Positions 9,801-19,341 of a stretch of DNA of 64,000 bases are shown here, in pieces. The first letter of the stretch is position 1. Every line of letters begins with the position of its first letter. The notes under the pieces are model-generated. The model was not told the origin of the DNA and did not search any database. It saw nothing but the letters and a program-made list of their open reading frames with translations. Source of the stretch: Bacteroidota bacterium (GTDB lineage Bacteria; Bacteroidota; Bacteroidia; Bacteroidales; BM520); NCBI GenBank assembly GCA_002748065.1, contig PDRJ01000025.1, positions 22,454-86,453 of the forward strand. Direction: 5' to 3'. The translations under genes and the position numbers were made by a program.

Positions 9801-11244
9801 TGGCGCCACCATCGGGCTTGCGAAGCCAGGCTTCGGCAAAACACTCCTCCCCATTTTGATAAGTGCCGTTCAGACAGGCTACGGAGATAATGGCGGGAAG
9901 TCTATTTTCATTGGTTAAGTTTGCGATATTTCCATTGTTAAAACCGGAGGTTCCCCAGGAGGTGCTTGAGCCGTGTCCACAGTAGTTGATCAGGGAGACT
10001 CCAGAGTTGATACCGTTAGCTACCTCATTGGGATTAGCTCCCGGGTCATAGTTGGGGAAGTATCCATTGTATGTGAAGGGATCCAGGCGGTTGTCATAGA
10101 TGATCTGGACATGATCCTTGTCCACTTCATTGTCATCTCCTTTGCCGGCGCCTTCGGCACTGGCAATACCCATGGCTGTCTCATACCATTGTCCCCCCTC
10201 TTGTGGGTTCTTTTCATACTGGATCGTTTTGTTTACCTGATTGCTCACCTCTTGAGGATTGGAGGCGGAGAAACGTCCTACGCAGATATCCGGAAAGACA
10301 TCTGTTCCCACAACACAGCCGGCCATGGGATCCATGGGCGCGTTACCTATTGCATCAACCTTGATGTCAGGCCAGTCTCCCACCAACTGTACATAGAGAA
10401 TGTCGGGGTTTTCGTTATATTTCTCCTGAATGAGATTGACAACGTTTGTCCCGGTAGCAACAACCTCTACATGAACGTTGTATCCCTTCTCTTTTTTCCA
10501 CTCCACGTAGGGTTGAATAGCTTGTTCATCCCGACTGGTGGTGATGACCAGGATATCTCCGGCTTCGTTGATGGTGAGATCTTGCCGCTCCATGTTGTAG
10601 TTAATAAACAGGCTCTGGTAGATTCCATTCATTTCATGGAAGTATTTGGTGCGAGACGATGTTAAGGGGTTGGTGGGCGTTTCATCGTTTTCGGTTATCT
10701 CTACGGTTACCGAAGAATAAACACGAAGTGTTTGTGTAACAGCATTATATTGGAAAGGATAGACGAAGATAGATGTTCCGCGAATATCCCGGATGATAAA
10801 GGGCTCTTTCTGTTCTACAAGAGCGTTGGGATACCACTCATCTTTTATGGATGCCGGATCGATGGTATAGGGAATTTCATCCCGATTTTGAGATCGGTAG
10901 ATAACCCCCCTGGAAGGTTTGAGGGGCGCATCAAGCACAATATCCGTGTATTGTGTATCTACAATTTTGACATCTACATTTTTATTGTTGGCAATTTGGA
11001 TGTTAGTGCTGAGGAAAGGGAGTTCGGCATATCCCTTCTTTCGGGTGGTAACCCCTTTTTCGAAATGAATGGATGTGTAGTCTTTTCCCGATAAGGAGAT
11101 GGGCGTCAGATGATACTCTTCAACGGTGAAGGTTATTGATGCTTTGGAAGAAGTTTGTTGTGTATACGTTGTCTTCTGAGCCTGTTGGGCCAGTAATCCC
11201 ACACTCATTAGAACACATAACAAACCAAATAGGATCTTTTTCAT
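6859..11244 (-). CDS. Peptidase C25 (gingipain-family) multidomain protein with T9SS C-terminal sorting domain
   Basis: Start taken at MKKILFGLLCVLMSVGLLAQQ (signal peptide). C25 His and Cys motifs NYCGHGSSTSWG and ISVACLNGTY. CARDB-like repeats, a jelly-roll-like domain (FETGDFSSFPW...), extra repeat modules, and a T9SS tail YPNPAQNRLYV...GIYFISIQTEGGNSAMKKVIINR. Confidence 0.85.
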   Translation of the reverse strand: MKKILFGLLCVLMSVGLLAQQAQKTTYTQQTSSKASITFTVEEYHLTPISLSGKDYTSIHFEKGVTTRKKGYAELPFLSTNIQIANNKNVDVKIVDTQYTDIVLDAPLKPSRGVIYRSQNRDEIPYTIDPASIKDEWYPNALVEQKEPFIIRDIRGTSIFVYPFQYNAVTQTLRVYSSVTVEITENDETPTNPLTSSRTKYFHEMNGIYQSLFINYNMERQDLTINEAGDILVITTSRDEQAIQPYVEWKKEKGYNVHVEVVATGTNVVNLIQEKYNENPDILYVQLVGDWPDIKVDAIGNAPMDPMAGCVVGTDVFPDICVGRFSASNPQEVSNQVNKTIQYEKNPQEGGQWYETAMGIASAEGAGKGDDNEVDKDHVQIIYDNRLDPFTYNGYFPNYDPGANPNEVANGINSGVSLINYCGHGSSTSWGTSGFNNGNIANLTNENRLPAIISVACLNGTYQNGEECFAEAWLRKPDGGAIATLMATIPQPWQPPMRGQDYMNDVLIGGYDYDNNPGSGINNNEQRTTFGSITANGMVLMYSESQGSEDLETIQTWVLFGDASVQIRTAPPAPITVSNNVILLGSSYATTVTSDGVPVANALVSISQEEHVYSGYTNENGEVTIENELEAGDVKLVVTAFNTQTIYETISCIPPEGPYVIYESSVLNDENGNGTLEYGESATMDLSMKNVGIEAANNVVVTLTSENEYVTITDEQATFETIPEGGSQTEEEAFSFEVAAHIPDGEKIHFDLLSTDGTDTWPSKFSITAYAPTIQVNGMAIDDASGNGNGRLDAGETVNLMVSVTNIGHAISQDIMAELSSSSPYISFDNTTATHGPIEMEESTTLTFTVHVDASTPIGTLANFVFNGSTGEYPFEKTFASTIGITVEDFETGDFSSFPWYFEGSGNWTITEGEVYEGSFSAQSANIGDNQNTSMAIDYEVIRDDTISFYYKISTEANYDIVRFYIDNNVIAEWSGEKEWTQFKAPVSQGAHTFKWDYSKDYMATAGSDCLWLDFIILPPEMRTIAYAGEDDYACDNEPYTLQPEVANYATLQWSTSGTGTFDDATQENASYTPSQEDLENGSVIITLEVTGNDTQQYTDEMTLSFGRTPTIEAGEDGHICEEESFELLATGTDYESVKWTSSGDGTFTNATALETTYVPGENDINNGSVTLSLMAFSGCGNVNDFTTLYLHDGPEMPAPVEGNSEVCANSQEQYTSEGSPNASSYRWSIKPSEAGTVEADNLTASVSWNAAFSGEAVLRIIATNDCGDTQSEMLFINVKALTLAPAAPMGADSVDTYVESSSPFTIQEIAGVTEYNFTLTPSEAGEVSWESTTATVQWNTAFKGTALLSACGINECGEGHYSESKQVIVYSSVGINERETANWEIYPNPAQNRLYVETANIEEATAILLYNTTGTKVMNVNVVKGVTTTLDISTLSNGIYFISIQTEGGNSAMKKVIINR

Positions 11245-11312
11245 GGTTTCTGGGTTTATGATTTTAAGGAAGCAGCCGGTAAAGGAAAATTTTATCGGCT
11301 GCTTCATGTTGT

Positions 11313-14300
11313 TTATTTTGAAATAATAAGTCGTTGTGTAATTGTTTGTTTATTTGTTTTTAAGATGCAGAAATAGATTCCTTGTTGGAGTCCTGTACCT
11401 CTAAACTCTTTGGTGTGGGTACCTGCCTGAACACTGGCGTTGTGTTCAATTACTTCGATAAGGTTCCCCATTACGTCGTATATGGAAAGTGAGACTCCGC
11501 TCTCTTCTGTCAAGTTGTAGGTGATATGAGTGGAGTGCTGCAATGGGTTCGGGAAGATGGACATGGATGCGGCCTCCTCTTTGCGTGAGATCTCCTTTGT
11601 ACCTACCTCTATCCGCATGGCGGGGAAGGTGATATTGTCAATCCATGCGCAATCGAGACCATTGGACACACTAAAATCTTTCTCATAGCTCCACCTTAAG
11701 GTATGTTCTCCGATAAGTATGGGATAGCTTACAAGAGCCCAGTCCTCTTCTCCTGACCAATTTTCTATTTCTACATCATCGATATAAAATTTTAGAAGGT
11801 CGTAGGTCTCTTCCGAGGAGACTTTTCGGTAGAATTTGATGGAATCATTTTCAGAAAGTACCTCTATTGAGATACTCAACTCGGAGGATTGACTATCCGA
11901 GATGAGGCCTGATTTTGCAGAGAAGAGGCCTTCTTGTACCTCTGTCTCATCAATGACCCAGGGGTATGTGCTGTGCGTCCAGTTATAAGCGGAGAAATCG
12001 CCCGACTCAAAATCCTCTGTTATGATCCCTATTTTGGTGATGAACTCGTCGGTATCGGAATAGCCATTGGATGCTGCCAACAGTTCCATCTCAACGATGG
12101 TGCCTGATTGAACCTCGTCTTCCACTGTCACATTAAAAGTCAATGTGGCGGTTCCCTCTGCGGGGAGTTCTTCAATGGTTGCAGTGGCATTGTTGATGGT
12201 GAGTTCCGTGTTTGTGGTTGATAACTCTCCTAGTATATCCATTATATCGGCACTTCCTTCATTGGATAGGGTAAACACAATGTTGGCATTTTCTCCCTCA
12301 TCGAGGGTGTTGTTGCTGTTCCCTGTGGTCGTATCATCAATGTTCACCTTTTGGATGCTGAGGACAGGTGCATGGAGTTTGAGGATAATCTTGGAGTGCC
12401 ATGTCTCATTTCCATCGGTGATGTCCATAAGAAACTCTACCTGTTTTCTATCTTCAATGGTTTGGGCAACTTCAAAGGTAAAAGCGGAGAGTTGAGACGC
12501 GGTATTCTGCGAAGCGATACTTCCAAAGTTATGGGTATTTTGGGTAACGGTAATGTCCGGGTCGTTACAAGTGATGGTGGCTGATACGTTTGAGGCATCG
12601 TCGTTCCCGAAGTTTTTCAGGGTGATGTCGAAATTGACGGTTTCGTTATAGTCCACAAGGCCATTATTGTTGCCATTGCTATCATCAATATTAAACGCGT
12701 TAAGGATGACATAAGGGCCTTCCGGCGAAGCTACATTGACCTCTCCGAAGAAGGGCTCTCCCCACTGTTTAGTGACCACGACGTCACAGGGGCCGGGGAT
12801 AGTGATGGGGGGATCTATTGTTACTTCCGCATTTCCGGATTCGTCAGCAATGGTCGCGCCAAAAAGCTCTCCTTCACGTGAGATAGCTACATAGGCATAA
12901 GGGTCTGTTGTTACTGTGATGGTGTTCGTCCCCAGGGGGATAAGTCCGTTATAGCTAGCGGTAATGGGTTCGGGAACGGTGATATACATGGCCAAAGAGG
13001 GGTCTCCCATGATGGAGTAGATTTCCCAATAATAGGTCTCCCTGACGGAGCCGCTTTCGGAGACGGCACGGTTACCGGCAAAGATGATCTGGCCAGAGGT
13101 GAAACACCAGTCAGCCCAAGCCTCGTCATGTTCGTGGAAAAGACAATCATAGACTCCCAGGGTTGTCTCTTCGTAGGCAGGTGGGTCTTCCGAGATGGTT
13201 CCTACACCTACTCCCCAGTAGTAATCTTCATCCCAGTAGGTGCTATTGGTTCCTCCAATATGTCCAATAGAGGCTTTATTCTCAGCACGAATCATGGCTT
13301 CGCCAAAACACTCCTGTGTATCAAAGGCGTTGGAGAGGCAGCAGTTTCCGATGGAGAGGAAATACTCGTCGGTATTGGTGAGGTTGTGAACCTCTTGTAC
13401 GGTGAAGGAGGGGTCTTGCCATCCATTTTGGCTGCAGTGTGCCGAGTAATTCACGTAAGCAACGCCGGCATTGATCCTTTGCTTAATCTCTGGTCCACTG
13501 CTACCTGATTGGGGATAGAGGTATACGTGTGAGGTGATCCCGTGTTCCTCATTGAAATAGTTTTCGGTACCATAGTTGATTTGTCCATTGCCCCACTTTT
13601 GTCCATGACCACTATCCATTCCTGCTACCAGAACGACTTCGTCCAGGTAGGAGGGATCGGGCATGGTATATTGTTCGATCATTAGGGTCTTGTCGATCTG
13701 CGGTTGGAGTTGAGCCGTGTTTTGTGCAGAAAAACGTCCGTAATAGATTTCGGGAAAGTGATCATTGGTGTATTCACAATAGTAGAGATCGGTGATATGA
13801 CTTCCTGTGGAACCTGCAAAAGAGGGAACCTCTCCAACATCTCCCACAAAGAGGACGTAAGTGGGAGCTGTGTAGCCGGGTTGGGGGTTATCATAGAGTC
13901 CTTTGATGAACGCTTTGATGGAGGTTGTTGTATTTCCTACCTCCGGATCATCTGTGTATCCGGTGATGACGCGGTACCCCTTTTTCTGTTTCCAGGCGAT
14001 AAACTCTTGGAGTTGATCTTCAAACATGGGGTGTGAAATAATCACATAGGTGATGGGATTATTGCTGAGGGGATCTTTGCGAAGATTGAAAGAGGCTGCA
14101 TTGATGACCTGTGTGTAGTCACTTTGGAAGTGGGGTGACCAAGTCCGCTCTTTAAGTTCCATGGTTGCTGCCATATCGGCATTCTCAAAGGTGAGGTCAA
14201 ATTGTACATCACTGTATACCTTCATGCGGTTTTTGGCCGGGTTGTAGGCATAGGGTGCAATGGTGACCAAGGCGAGGCGCTGTCCCCTGAGAATACCTTT

Positions 14301-14795
14301 AACCTCCACGCTGACTAGCTTCTCTCCGAAGTAGCGATCCATCTGGTAAGCGTCGGCATCGTATTGAAAGGGGGGAGGGGTTCCACCGCCCTTTTCTGCC
14401 GGAAGCTGTACTGGAATAGCCGGGTATAAAACCCCCATCTCTCCCAGGTCAATGGTCTCCTCGGTGTAGGTTACATTGTTTATCTTTACGGTTGCACCCA
14501 AGGGAATCTCAATAAGTTTTCGGATTACCGGAATCCTTGGTGTCCCTACTTTTCCTGAGAAGGCATTTACGTGGGTGTGGAACGTTGTGAACAGGCCTTC
14601 CGGGGTGTTGAGGGTACTGTAGTCAAATTCGGAGATGGTGTTTCTCATCTCCAAATGAAGTTGGTCTTGTGATACGATGCTTAATGCCGTACCGTTAGAT
14701 TCATTCAGTAAAACGCGTTGTGCTTTTACATTTGTCAAAGAGGCTCCTATGACAATCATTACGAGTAGTAGCCTGGATAGAGTAGGTGTTTTCAT
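11313..14795 (-). CDS. Peptidase C25 (gingipain-family) protein with T9SS C-terminal sorting domain (paralog)
   Basis: Start at MKTPTLSRLLLVMIVIGASLTNVKAQ. His and Cys motifs VNYSAHCSQNGW and LSIGNCCLSNAF. CARDB-like repeats, FESGDFSAYNW jelly-roll-like domain, and T9SS tail FPNPLQHSTHITY...GIYFCILKTNKQTITQRLIISK. Confidence 0.85.
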   Translation of the reverse strand: MKTPTLSRLLLVMIVIGASLTNVKAQRVLLNESNGTALSIVSQDQLHLEMRNTISEFDYSTLNTPEGLFTTFHTHVNAFSGKVGTPRIPVIRKLIEIPLGATVKINNVTYTEETIDLGEMGVLYPAIPVQLPAEKGGGTPPPFQYDADAYQMDRYFGEKLVSVEVKGILRGQRLALVTIAPYAYNPAKNRMKVYSDVQFDLTFENADMAATMELKERTWSPHFQSDYTQVINAASFNLRKDPLSNNPITYVIISHPMFEDQLQEFIAWKQKKGYRVITGYTDDPEVGNTTTSIKAFIKGLYDNPQPGYTAPTYVLFVGDVGEVPSFAGSTGSHITDLYYCEYTNDHFPEIYYGRFSAQNTAQLQPQIDKTLMIEQYTMPDPSYLDEVVLVAGMDSGHGQKWGNGQINYGTENYFNEEHGITSHVYLYPQSGSSGPEIKQRINAGVAYVNYSAHCSQNGWQDPSFTVQEVHNLTNTDEYFLSIGNCCLSNAFDTQECFGEAMIRAENKASIGHIGGTNSTYWDEDYYWGVGVGTISEDPPAYEETTLGVYDCLFHEHDEAWADWCFTSGQIIFAGNRAVSESGSVRETYYWEIYSIMGDPSLAMYITVPEPITASYNGLIPLGTNTITVTTDPYAYVAISREGELFGATIADESGNAEVTIDPPITIPGPCDVVVTKQWGEPFFGEVNVASPEGPYVILNAFNIDDSNGNNNGLVDYNETVNFDITLKNFGNDDASNVSATITCNDPDITVTQNTHNFGSIASQNTASQLSAFTFEVAQTIEDRKQVEFLMDITDGNETWHSKIILKLHAPVLSIQKVNIDDTTTGNSNNTLDEGENANIVFTLSNEGSADIMDILGELSTTNTELTINNATATIEELPAEGTATLTFNVTVEDEVQSGTIVEMELLAASNGYSDTDEFITKIGIITEDFESGDFSAYNWTHSTYPWVIDETEVQEGLFSAKSGLISDSQSSELSISIEVLSENDSIKFYRKVSSEETYDLLKFYIDDVEIENWSGEEDWALVSYPILIGEHTLRWSYEKDFSVSNGLDCAWIDNITFPAMRIEVGTKEISRKEEAASMSIFPNPLQHSTHITYNLTEESGVSLSIYDVMGNLIEVIEHNASVQAGTHTKEFRGTGLQQGIYFCILKTNKQTITQRLIISK

Positions 14796-14831
14796 TATAT
14801 TGTGCTTGTTATTAATTCGATAATGGGGGGG

Positions 14832-14839
14832 CAAAGGTA
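14832..14839 (-). promoter_or_regulatory. Candidate -7 promoter box (TACCTTTG) for the C25 tandem
   Basis: TAnnTTTG match on the minus strand, 36 nt upstream of the ATG at 14795. Confidence 0.35.
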
Positions 14840-14991
14840 TGCCTTTTTAGTCTATTTCTCTATGTATATGTAGACACTGTTGTGGATTAAAAGTTGCCTT
14901 TCCCCGGTTTCCCTCTTTTTTTTCATGGGAAATTATCTGTTTTAACCGCTCTCTTTGGATGTTAGCACAGAGGATAGGGATCCTTTAAGGA

Positions 14992-16233
14992 TTAGCCGTT
15001 TGTCGCTCCTCCCTGATGCTCTAAGGAGAGATATCCTTTCTTGATTCGACTGGCGGGAAAGATTGCAGAGAAAAGGCTGATTAGGGTTACGGTAATAAAG
15101 GTTAGTAAAAAGTCGATCGGGCGCATCTCTACAGGATAGACATTAATGACAAAGGAGGCCTCCGCATCAAATTTGATAAGACCAAAACGGAGTTGGAGAA
15201 AACAGATGATAGCTCCCAGGAGGAGTCCAGTTAATGCCCCTGACATAGAGGTAATCAGGCCTTGTGCGATGAAGATTCTTCGAATGGTAAGGCGGTTTGC
15301 TCCCATGCTGTTTAAGATAGTGGCATTTTTTTGTTTGTCGAGCATTACCATGGTTTGAGAACCGATGATGTTGAAAGCTGCAATAATTAGCATAAATGTT
15401 AGGATCAGAAAGATGGCCAACTTTTCTCCTTTCATTACTTTGTAGAGCGATTCTTGTTGTTCAAAACGGTTACTTACTTTGAAGTTGTCTCCAGTAATTG
15501 TGGCAATTTGTTTTTGGATGCGCTTCATATCCGTATCCTCCTCAAGACGAATCTCTACGGAGGTGATCTCCTTTTCATAGCCGATCAACTTTTTCATGAA
15601 GGGAAGGGGAACGAGTACGTATTTTGTATCAAAATCCTGCTGGATGGAGAATACACTTGTTATTTTGATCTGATCCTCTCGGAAGGCGTTGTTTAACATG
15701 CTGAAGTTGCGCGCCTCTCTTTTGGGCACATAAACAGCTACATCGGTGGGGAGTTGGTGGGGGTTGATGTTTAGGTAGTAACATATTCCGTATCCTGCGA
15801 TAGCACTGTTTCTCCCGGACATACGTAGGGTGCCGGCTATGAGCATGGAGTCCAGAGGATTGTTGGAAAGAAAGTCATCACTCACCCCCTTCATCATGAC
15901 AATATACTGTTGCTTTTCATAACGAAGGAGTACCTTTTCTTCGATCACTTCGGTGTAGCTGATTACGCCGGGAATAGCTTCGATAGCTTCCCGTTGGAGT
16001 GCCGTTTCGGAAAAGGTCTTTCCTGCTACCGCTTCGATTTTAAGGTGGGGGTCGAAGGTGTTGAAAAGCGAGGAGATAAGAGATTCAAAACCGTTGAAGA
16101 CGGATAAGATGGTGATTAATGAAGCGGTACCCACGGCAATAGCCACCATGGAGATCCGCGAGATCAAGTTGATGATATGGTGTGATTTTCCCGACCGAAA
16201 ATACCGCCAGGCTATGAATAGCGGGAGTTTCAT
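14992..16233 (-). CDS. FtsX-like ABC transporter permease (LolC/E family)
   Basis: 413 aa. N-terminus MKLPLFIAWRYFRSGKSHHIINLISRISMVAIAVGTASL, large periplasmic loop and C-terminal FtsX helices. Confidence 0.85.
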   Translation of the reverse strand: MKLPLFIAWRYFRSGKSHHIINLISRISMVAIAVGTASLITILSVFNGFESLISSLFNTFDPHLKIEAVAGKTFSETALQREAIEAIPGVISYTEVIEEKVLLRYEKQQYIVMMKGVSDDFLSNNPLDSMLIAGTLRMSGRNSAIAGYGICYYLNINPHQLPTDVAVYVPKREARNFSMLNNAFREDQIKITSVFSIQQDFDTKYVLVPLPFMKKLIGYEKEITSVEIRLEEDTDMKRIQKQIATITGDNFKVSNRFEQQESLYKVMKGEKLAIFLILTFMLIIAAFNIIGSQTMVMLDKQKNATILNSMGANRLTIRRIFIAQGLITSMSGALTGLLLGAIICFLQLRFGLIKFDAEASFVINVYPVEMRPIDFLLTFITVTLISLFSAIFPASRIKKGYLSLEHQGGATNG

Positions 16234-16238
16234 CAGGG

Positions 16239-17060
16239 TTATTTTTTGGCAATCACAATTAACCCACTGCCGGTTTCATGATCCCTTTTTACATCCAGGT
16301 AATTCAAGAGGAGCGACCAGGGGAATGTGATAAGATAGTAGAAAGGAAGAAGGATAAAGAATAGTTTCGAAGCATTCAGCATAAGGATGGGGTATTTCAT
16401 GGAGAGTTTCCAGGAAATTTTTCCCGGTGTTCCATACTGGAACCTGGCCTGTGTATGAGAGAAGCCGGCCTCCTTCAGCTTTTCTTGAATTTCCCGGATG
16501 TTATATCCGTCGCGTACGTGCTCGTCGATGAAGGAGTTTGCTCCGTCGTGGCTATGCTCATGTTCGTGTACATCAGAGCCACCTTGGTCGGAGGGGGTGC
16601 TTATTAAGAGCATGCCCCCCTCTTTGAGGGAGGCGTGGAAATTTTTAAAAACGGCCACATCATCTTCAATATGTTCCATCACATCTACGGATAGAATGAG
16701 ATCGTAGTTCTCCGGTGTGACATATTGGGTGAGGTCGGCGTAGGTGAAGGTGGCATTGGTGAGCCGAGCCTTGCAAAAGAAGTCAAGGCAGTCGTCGATC
16801 TGCTCTTGCTTCACATCTACGCCTGTAACCAGCTTGTTTTTGAAGTGAGATGCCATATAATAGCTATATTGGCCAAAGCCTGAACCCGCATCGAGGATCA
16901 TTTTGGGGCCAGGATTCTGTCGAGCCCACTCTTTGAGCTCTCCTCGTACATGCCATGTCCGTAACAACAGGGCGTCCAACAGACGGTAAAAAAGTTTCCT
17001 TAGAAAGGGGGTGCGATTAAAAAAAAGTCCCAGTGAGCGTTTAATAGGGTCGTATTGCAT
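16239..17060 (-). CDS. Class I SAM-dependent methyltransferase with C-terminal membrane segment
   Basis: 273 aa with SAM-binding motif ILDAGSGFGQYS and a hydrophobic C-terminus. It overlaps the rbfA stop by 1 nt. Confidence 0.8.
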   Translation of the reverse strand: MQYDPIKRSLGLFFNRTPFLRKLFYRLLDALLLRTWHVRGELKEWARQNPGPKMILDAGSGFGQYSYYMASHFKNKLVTGVDVKQEQIDDCLDFFCKARLTNATFTYADLTQYVTPENYDLILSVDVMEHIEDDVAVFKNFHASLKEGGMLLISTPSDQGGSDVHEHEHSHDGANSFIDEHVRDGYNIREIQEKLKEAGFSHTQARFQYGTPGKISWKLSMKYPILMLNASKLFFILLPFYYLITFPWSLLLNYLDVKRDHETGSGLIVIAKK

Positions 17061-17404
17061 TATTCTTTGGGGTTAAGAAGGCGGTTAATATTATCGACAT
17101 AATCCAGCGAGTCGTCTTCAAAAAAGAGAATTTCCGGTACGGCTCTTAGCTGGCGTTTTACCCGTTGACCTAATGCGTAACGAATTTCTCGCTTATGCTT
17201 GTTGAGGTTCTTGATGACTTCCTCCTTTTCAAGGGTGGCGAAGATACTAAGGTATATTTTTGCCGATGAGAAATCTCTGCTGACGGCCACTTTGGTAACG
17301 GTAACCATGCTGTCTATCGTGTATCCCTTCGCATCTTCCCTGAGGATATTTGCCATCTCCTTCTGTATGAGCCTTGCAATTTTTTGTTGACGTGTATTCT
17401 CCAT
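17060..17404 (-). CDS. rbfA: 30S ribosome-binding factor RbfA
   Basis: 114 aa. MENTRQQKIARLIQKEMANIL... is typical RbfA. Confidence 0.93.
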   Translation of the reverse strand: MENTRQQKIARLIQKEMANILREDAKGYTIDSMVTVTKVAVSRDFSSAKIYLSIFATLEKEEVIKNLNKHKREIRYALGQRVKRQLRAVPEILFFEDDSLDYVDNINRLLNPKE

Positions 17405-17408
17405 GCCA

Positions 17409-17416
17409 CAAAGATA
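17409..17416 (-). promoter_or_regulatory. Candidate -7 promoter box (TATCTTTG) for rbfA
   Basis: TAnnTTTG match on the minus strand, 4 nt from the rbfA ATG. Confidence 0.35.
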
Positions 17417-17480
17417 AACTTTTGAGCGACTGGTGGGGCAACTAAGGGTGAGATTCGTGAAGATGAAGAGACTATTTTAT

Positions 17481-17488
17481 TACATTTG
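17481..17488 (+). promoter_or_regulatory. Candidate -7 promoter box (TACATTTG) for the ABC exporter gene
   Basis: TAnnTTTG match 17 nt upstream of the ATG at 17506. Confidence 0.4.
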
Positions 17489-17505
17489 CGGTGAATTTGT
17501 GACCC

Positions 17506-19341
17506 ATGAAAAAACTTCTCCGTATTCTTCCCTATTTGAAGCCCTTTTGGTTTTTCGTGGTGTTGAGTATGCTGTTTAACTTCTTCTCTATCCTCTTCTC
17601 ATTAGTCTCTTTTGCTTTTTTTATCCCGGTGTTGGAGATTCTTTTTAAGATTCGTAAGCCCTTGACAACCGTTCCGGAACCATTGACATGGTCCAATATT
17701 ACGGATTCTCAGCTGATTTCGCAGAATTTCTACTATTGGGTGGAGCAGCTAATTGGAAGGGTGAGCGATACAGATGCATTGCTTTACATTGCCTTGATGA
17801 TTGTGGTGCTGTTCTTTTTAAAGAATCTTTTTCGGTATTTTGCCAATTTCTTTTTAGCTCCTATCCGTAACGGGGTTGTTCAGAATATTCGTAATGACAT
17901 TTATCATAAGATCCTGATTCTCCCCCTTTCTTACTATTCTGAACAGCGAAAAGGGGATTTAATGGCTCGAATGACCACTGATGTTCAGGATGTAGAGTGG
18001 TCAGTCATCAGTAGCCTGGAGATTATTTTCCGGGATCCCGTAACCATCTTGAGTTACTTAGTGACCCTATTTGTGCTTAGCCCTTCACTCTCTGTGTTCA
18101 TTCTTATTCTTTTGCCTGTGACAGCTCTGGTGATTGGTCATATCGGTAAAACCTTGAAGCGGAGTTCGGTTAAAGGCCAAGCCAAGATGGGGTTGCTGCA
18201 ATCGTTGATGGAAGAGACGATGGATGGATTGCGTATTATCAAAGCCTTCAATGCTATAGATCCTAGTAATAAGAATTTTCAGAAAGAGAATGATCGCTAT
18301 ACGCGGTTGATGGTGCGGGTGTTTCGTAAGCGTGATTTGGCCTCACCGTTGAGTGAGGTGTTGGGGGTTACGGTGATTGCCATCGTCCTGTGGTATGGGG
18401 GAAAGATTATCTTAAGTCCGGCTGGGGGGCTGAATGCTTCGGTCTTTTTGGTCTATTTAGCGATCTTTAGCCAGGTACTGAATCCGGCCAAATCCATAGC
18501 CAAAGCTTCCTACAATATTCAGAAGGGTGCCGCTTCCGTGGAGCGTATTGAGAAGGTGTTGAATGCAGAGGAGGTAATTGTGGAGAAAAAGAGTGCCCTC
18601 CCCATAAAAACCTTTCGAGAGGCGATTGTTCTTGAAAAAGTTTGTTTCCAATATGAGGATAAGCCCGTGCTTGTGGATATCGATTTGAGGATTGAGAAGG
18701 GGAAAACCATTGCTCTAGTGGGGCCTTCCGGAGGAGGGAAATCGACGTTGGTAAATCTTTTGCCGCGTTTTTATGATATTGAGTCCGGCCGGTTGACCAT
18801 TGATGGAATTCCCATTGAAGAGTTGCGCATTGATGATGTGAGAGGTCTGATGGGATTTGTCTCCCAGGATATGGTGCTGTTTAATGATAGTGTGATTCGA
18901 AATATCGCCTTGGGAGAAGAAGAGATTGATGTGGAACGGGTAGTGGAAGCTGCAAAGATTGCGAATGCCCATGATTTTATTCTTCAAATGCCCGATGGGT
19001 ATGATACCAATATTGGTGATAGGGGGGTTAAGCTTAGTGGTGGCCAGAAACAGCGCCTGAGTATTGCCCGGGCAGTGTATAAAAATCCACCTATCATGCT
19101 TCTTGATGAGGCTACTTCTTCGTTGGATACAGAGTCGGAACGTCTTGTGCAGGAGGCTCTTGATAATTTGATGAACTTTCGAACTTCTGTGGTGATAGCC
19201 CACCGTTTGAGTACCATCCGCAACGCCGATGAGATTGTGGTGCTTGATGCTGGGCGTATTGTGGAGCGTGGTACTCATGAAACGCTCTATGCTTTTGACG
19301 GGCTTTATAAGCGGCTCTGTAAGATGCAATCATTTAGTTAG
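17506..19341 (+). CDS. ABC transporter ATP-binding/permease protein (MsbA-like exporter)
   Basis: 611 aa: six-helix transmembrane domain followed by a nucleotide-binding domain with Walker A GPSGGGKST, signature LSGGQKQR and Walker B MLLDEATS. Confidence 0.9.
   Translation: MKKLLRILPYLKPFWFFVVLSMLFNFFSILFSLVSFAFFIPVLEILFKIRKPLTTVPEPLTWSNITDSQLISQNFYYWVEQLIGRVSDTDALLYIALMIVVLFFLKNLFRYFANFFLAPIRNGVVQNIRNDIYHKILILPLSYYSEQRKGDLMARMTTDVQDVEWSVISSLEIIFRDPVTILSYLVTLFVLSPSLSVFILILLPVTALVIGHIGKTLKRSSVKGQAKMGLLQSLMEETMDGLRIIKAFNAIDPSNKNFQKENDRYTRLMVRVFRKRDLASPLSEVLGVTVIAIVLWYGGKIILSPAGGLNASVFLVYLAIFSQVLNPAKSIAKASYNIQKGAASVERIEKVLNAEEVIVEKKSALPIKTFREAIVLEKVCFQYEDKPVLVDIDLRIEKGKTIALVGPSGGGKSTLVNLLPRFYDIESGRLTIDGIPIEELRIDDVRGLMGFVSQDMVLFNDSVIRNIALGEEEIDVERVVEAAKIANAHDFILQMPDGYDTNIGDRGVKLSGGQKQRLSIARAVYKNPPIMLLDEATSSLDTESERLVQEALDNLMNFRTSVVIAHRLSTIRNADEIVVLDAGRIVERGTHETLYAFDGLYKRLCKMQSFS

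Noticed and set aside
11245-11307. Upstream extensions of the C25 ORFs (also 14796-14834)
   Set aside because: Signal peptides begin at the internal ATGs (MKKILFG..., MKTPTLS...). The extensions use alternative starts and would bury the signal peptide.
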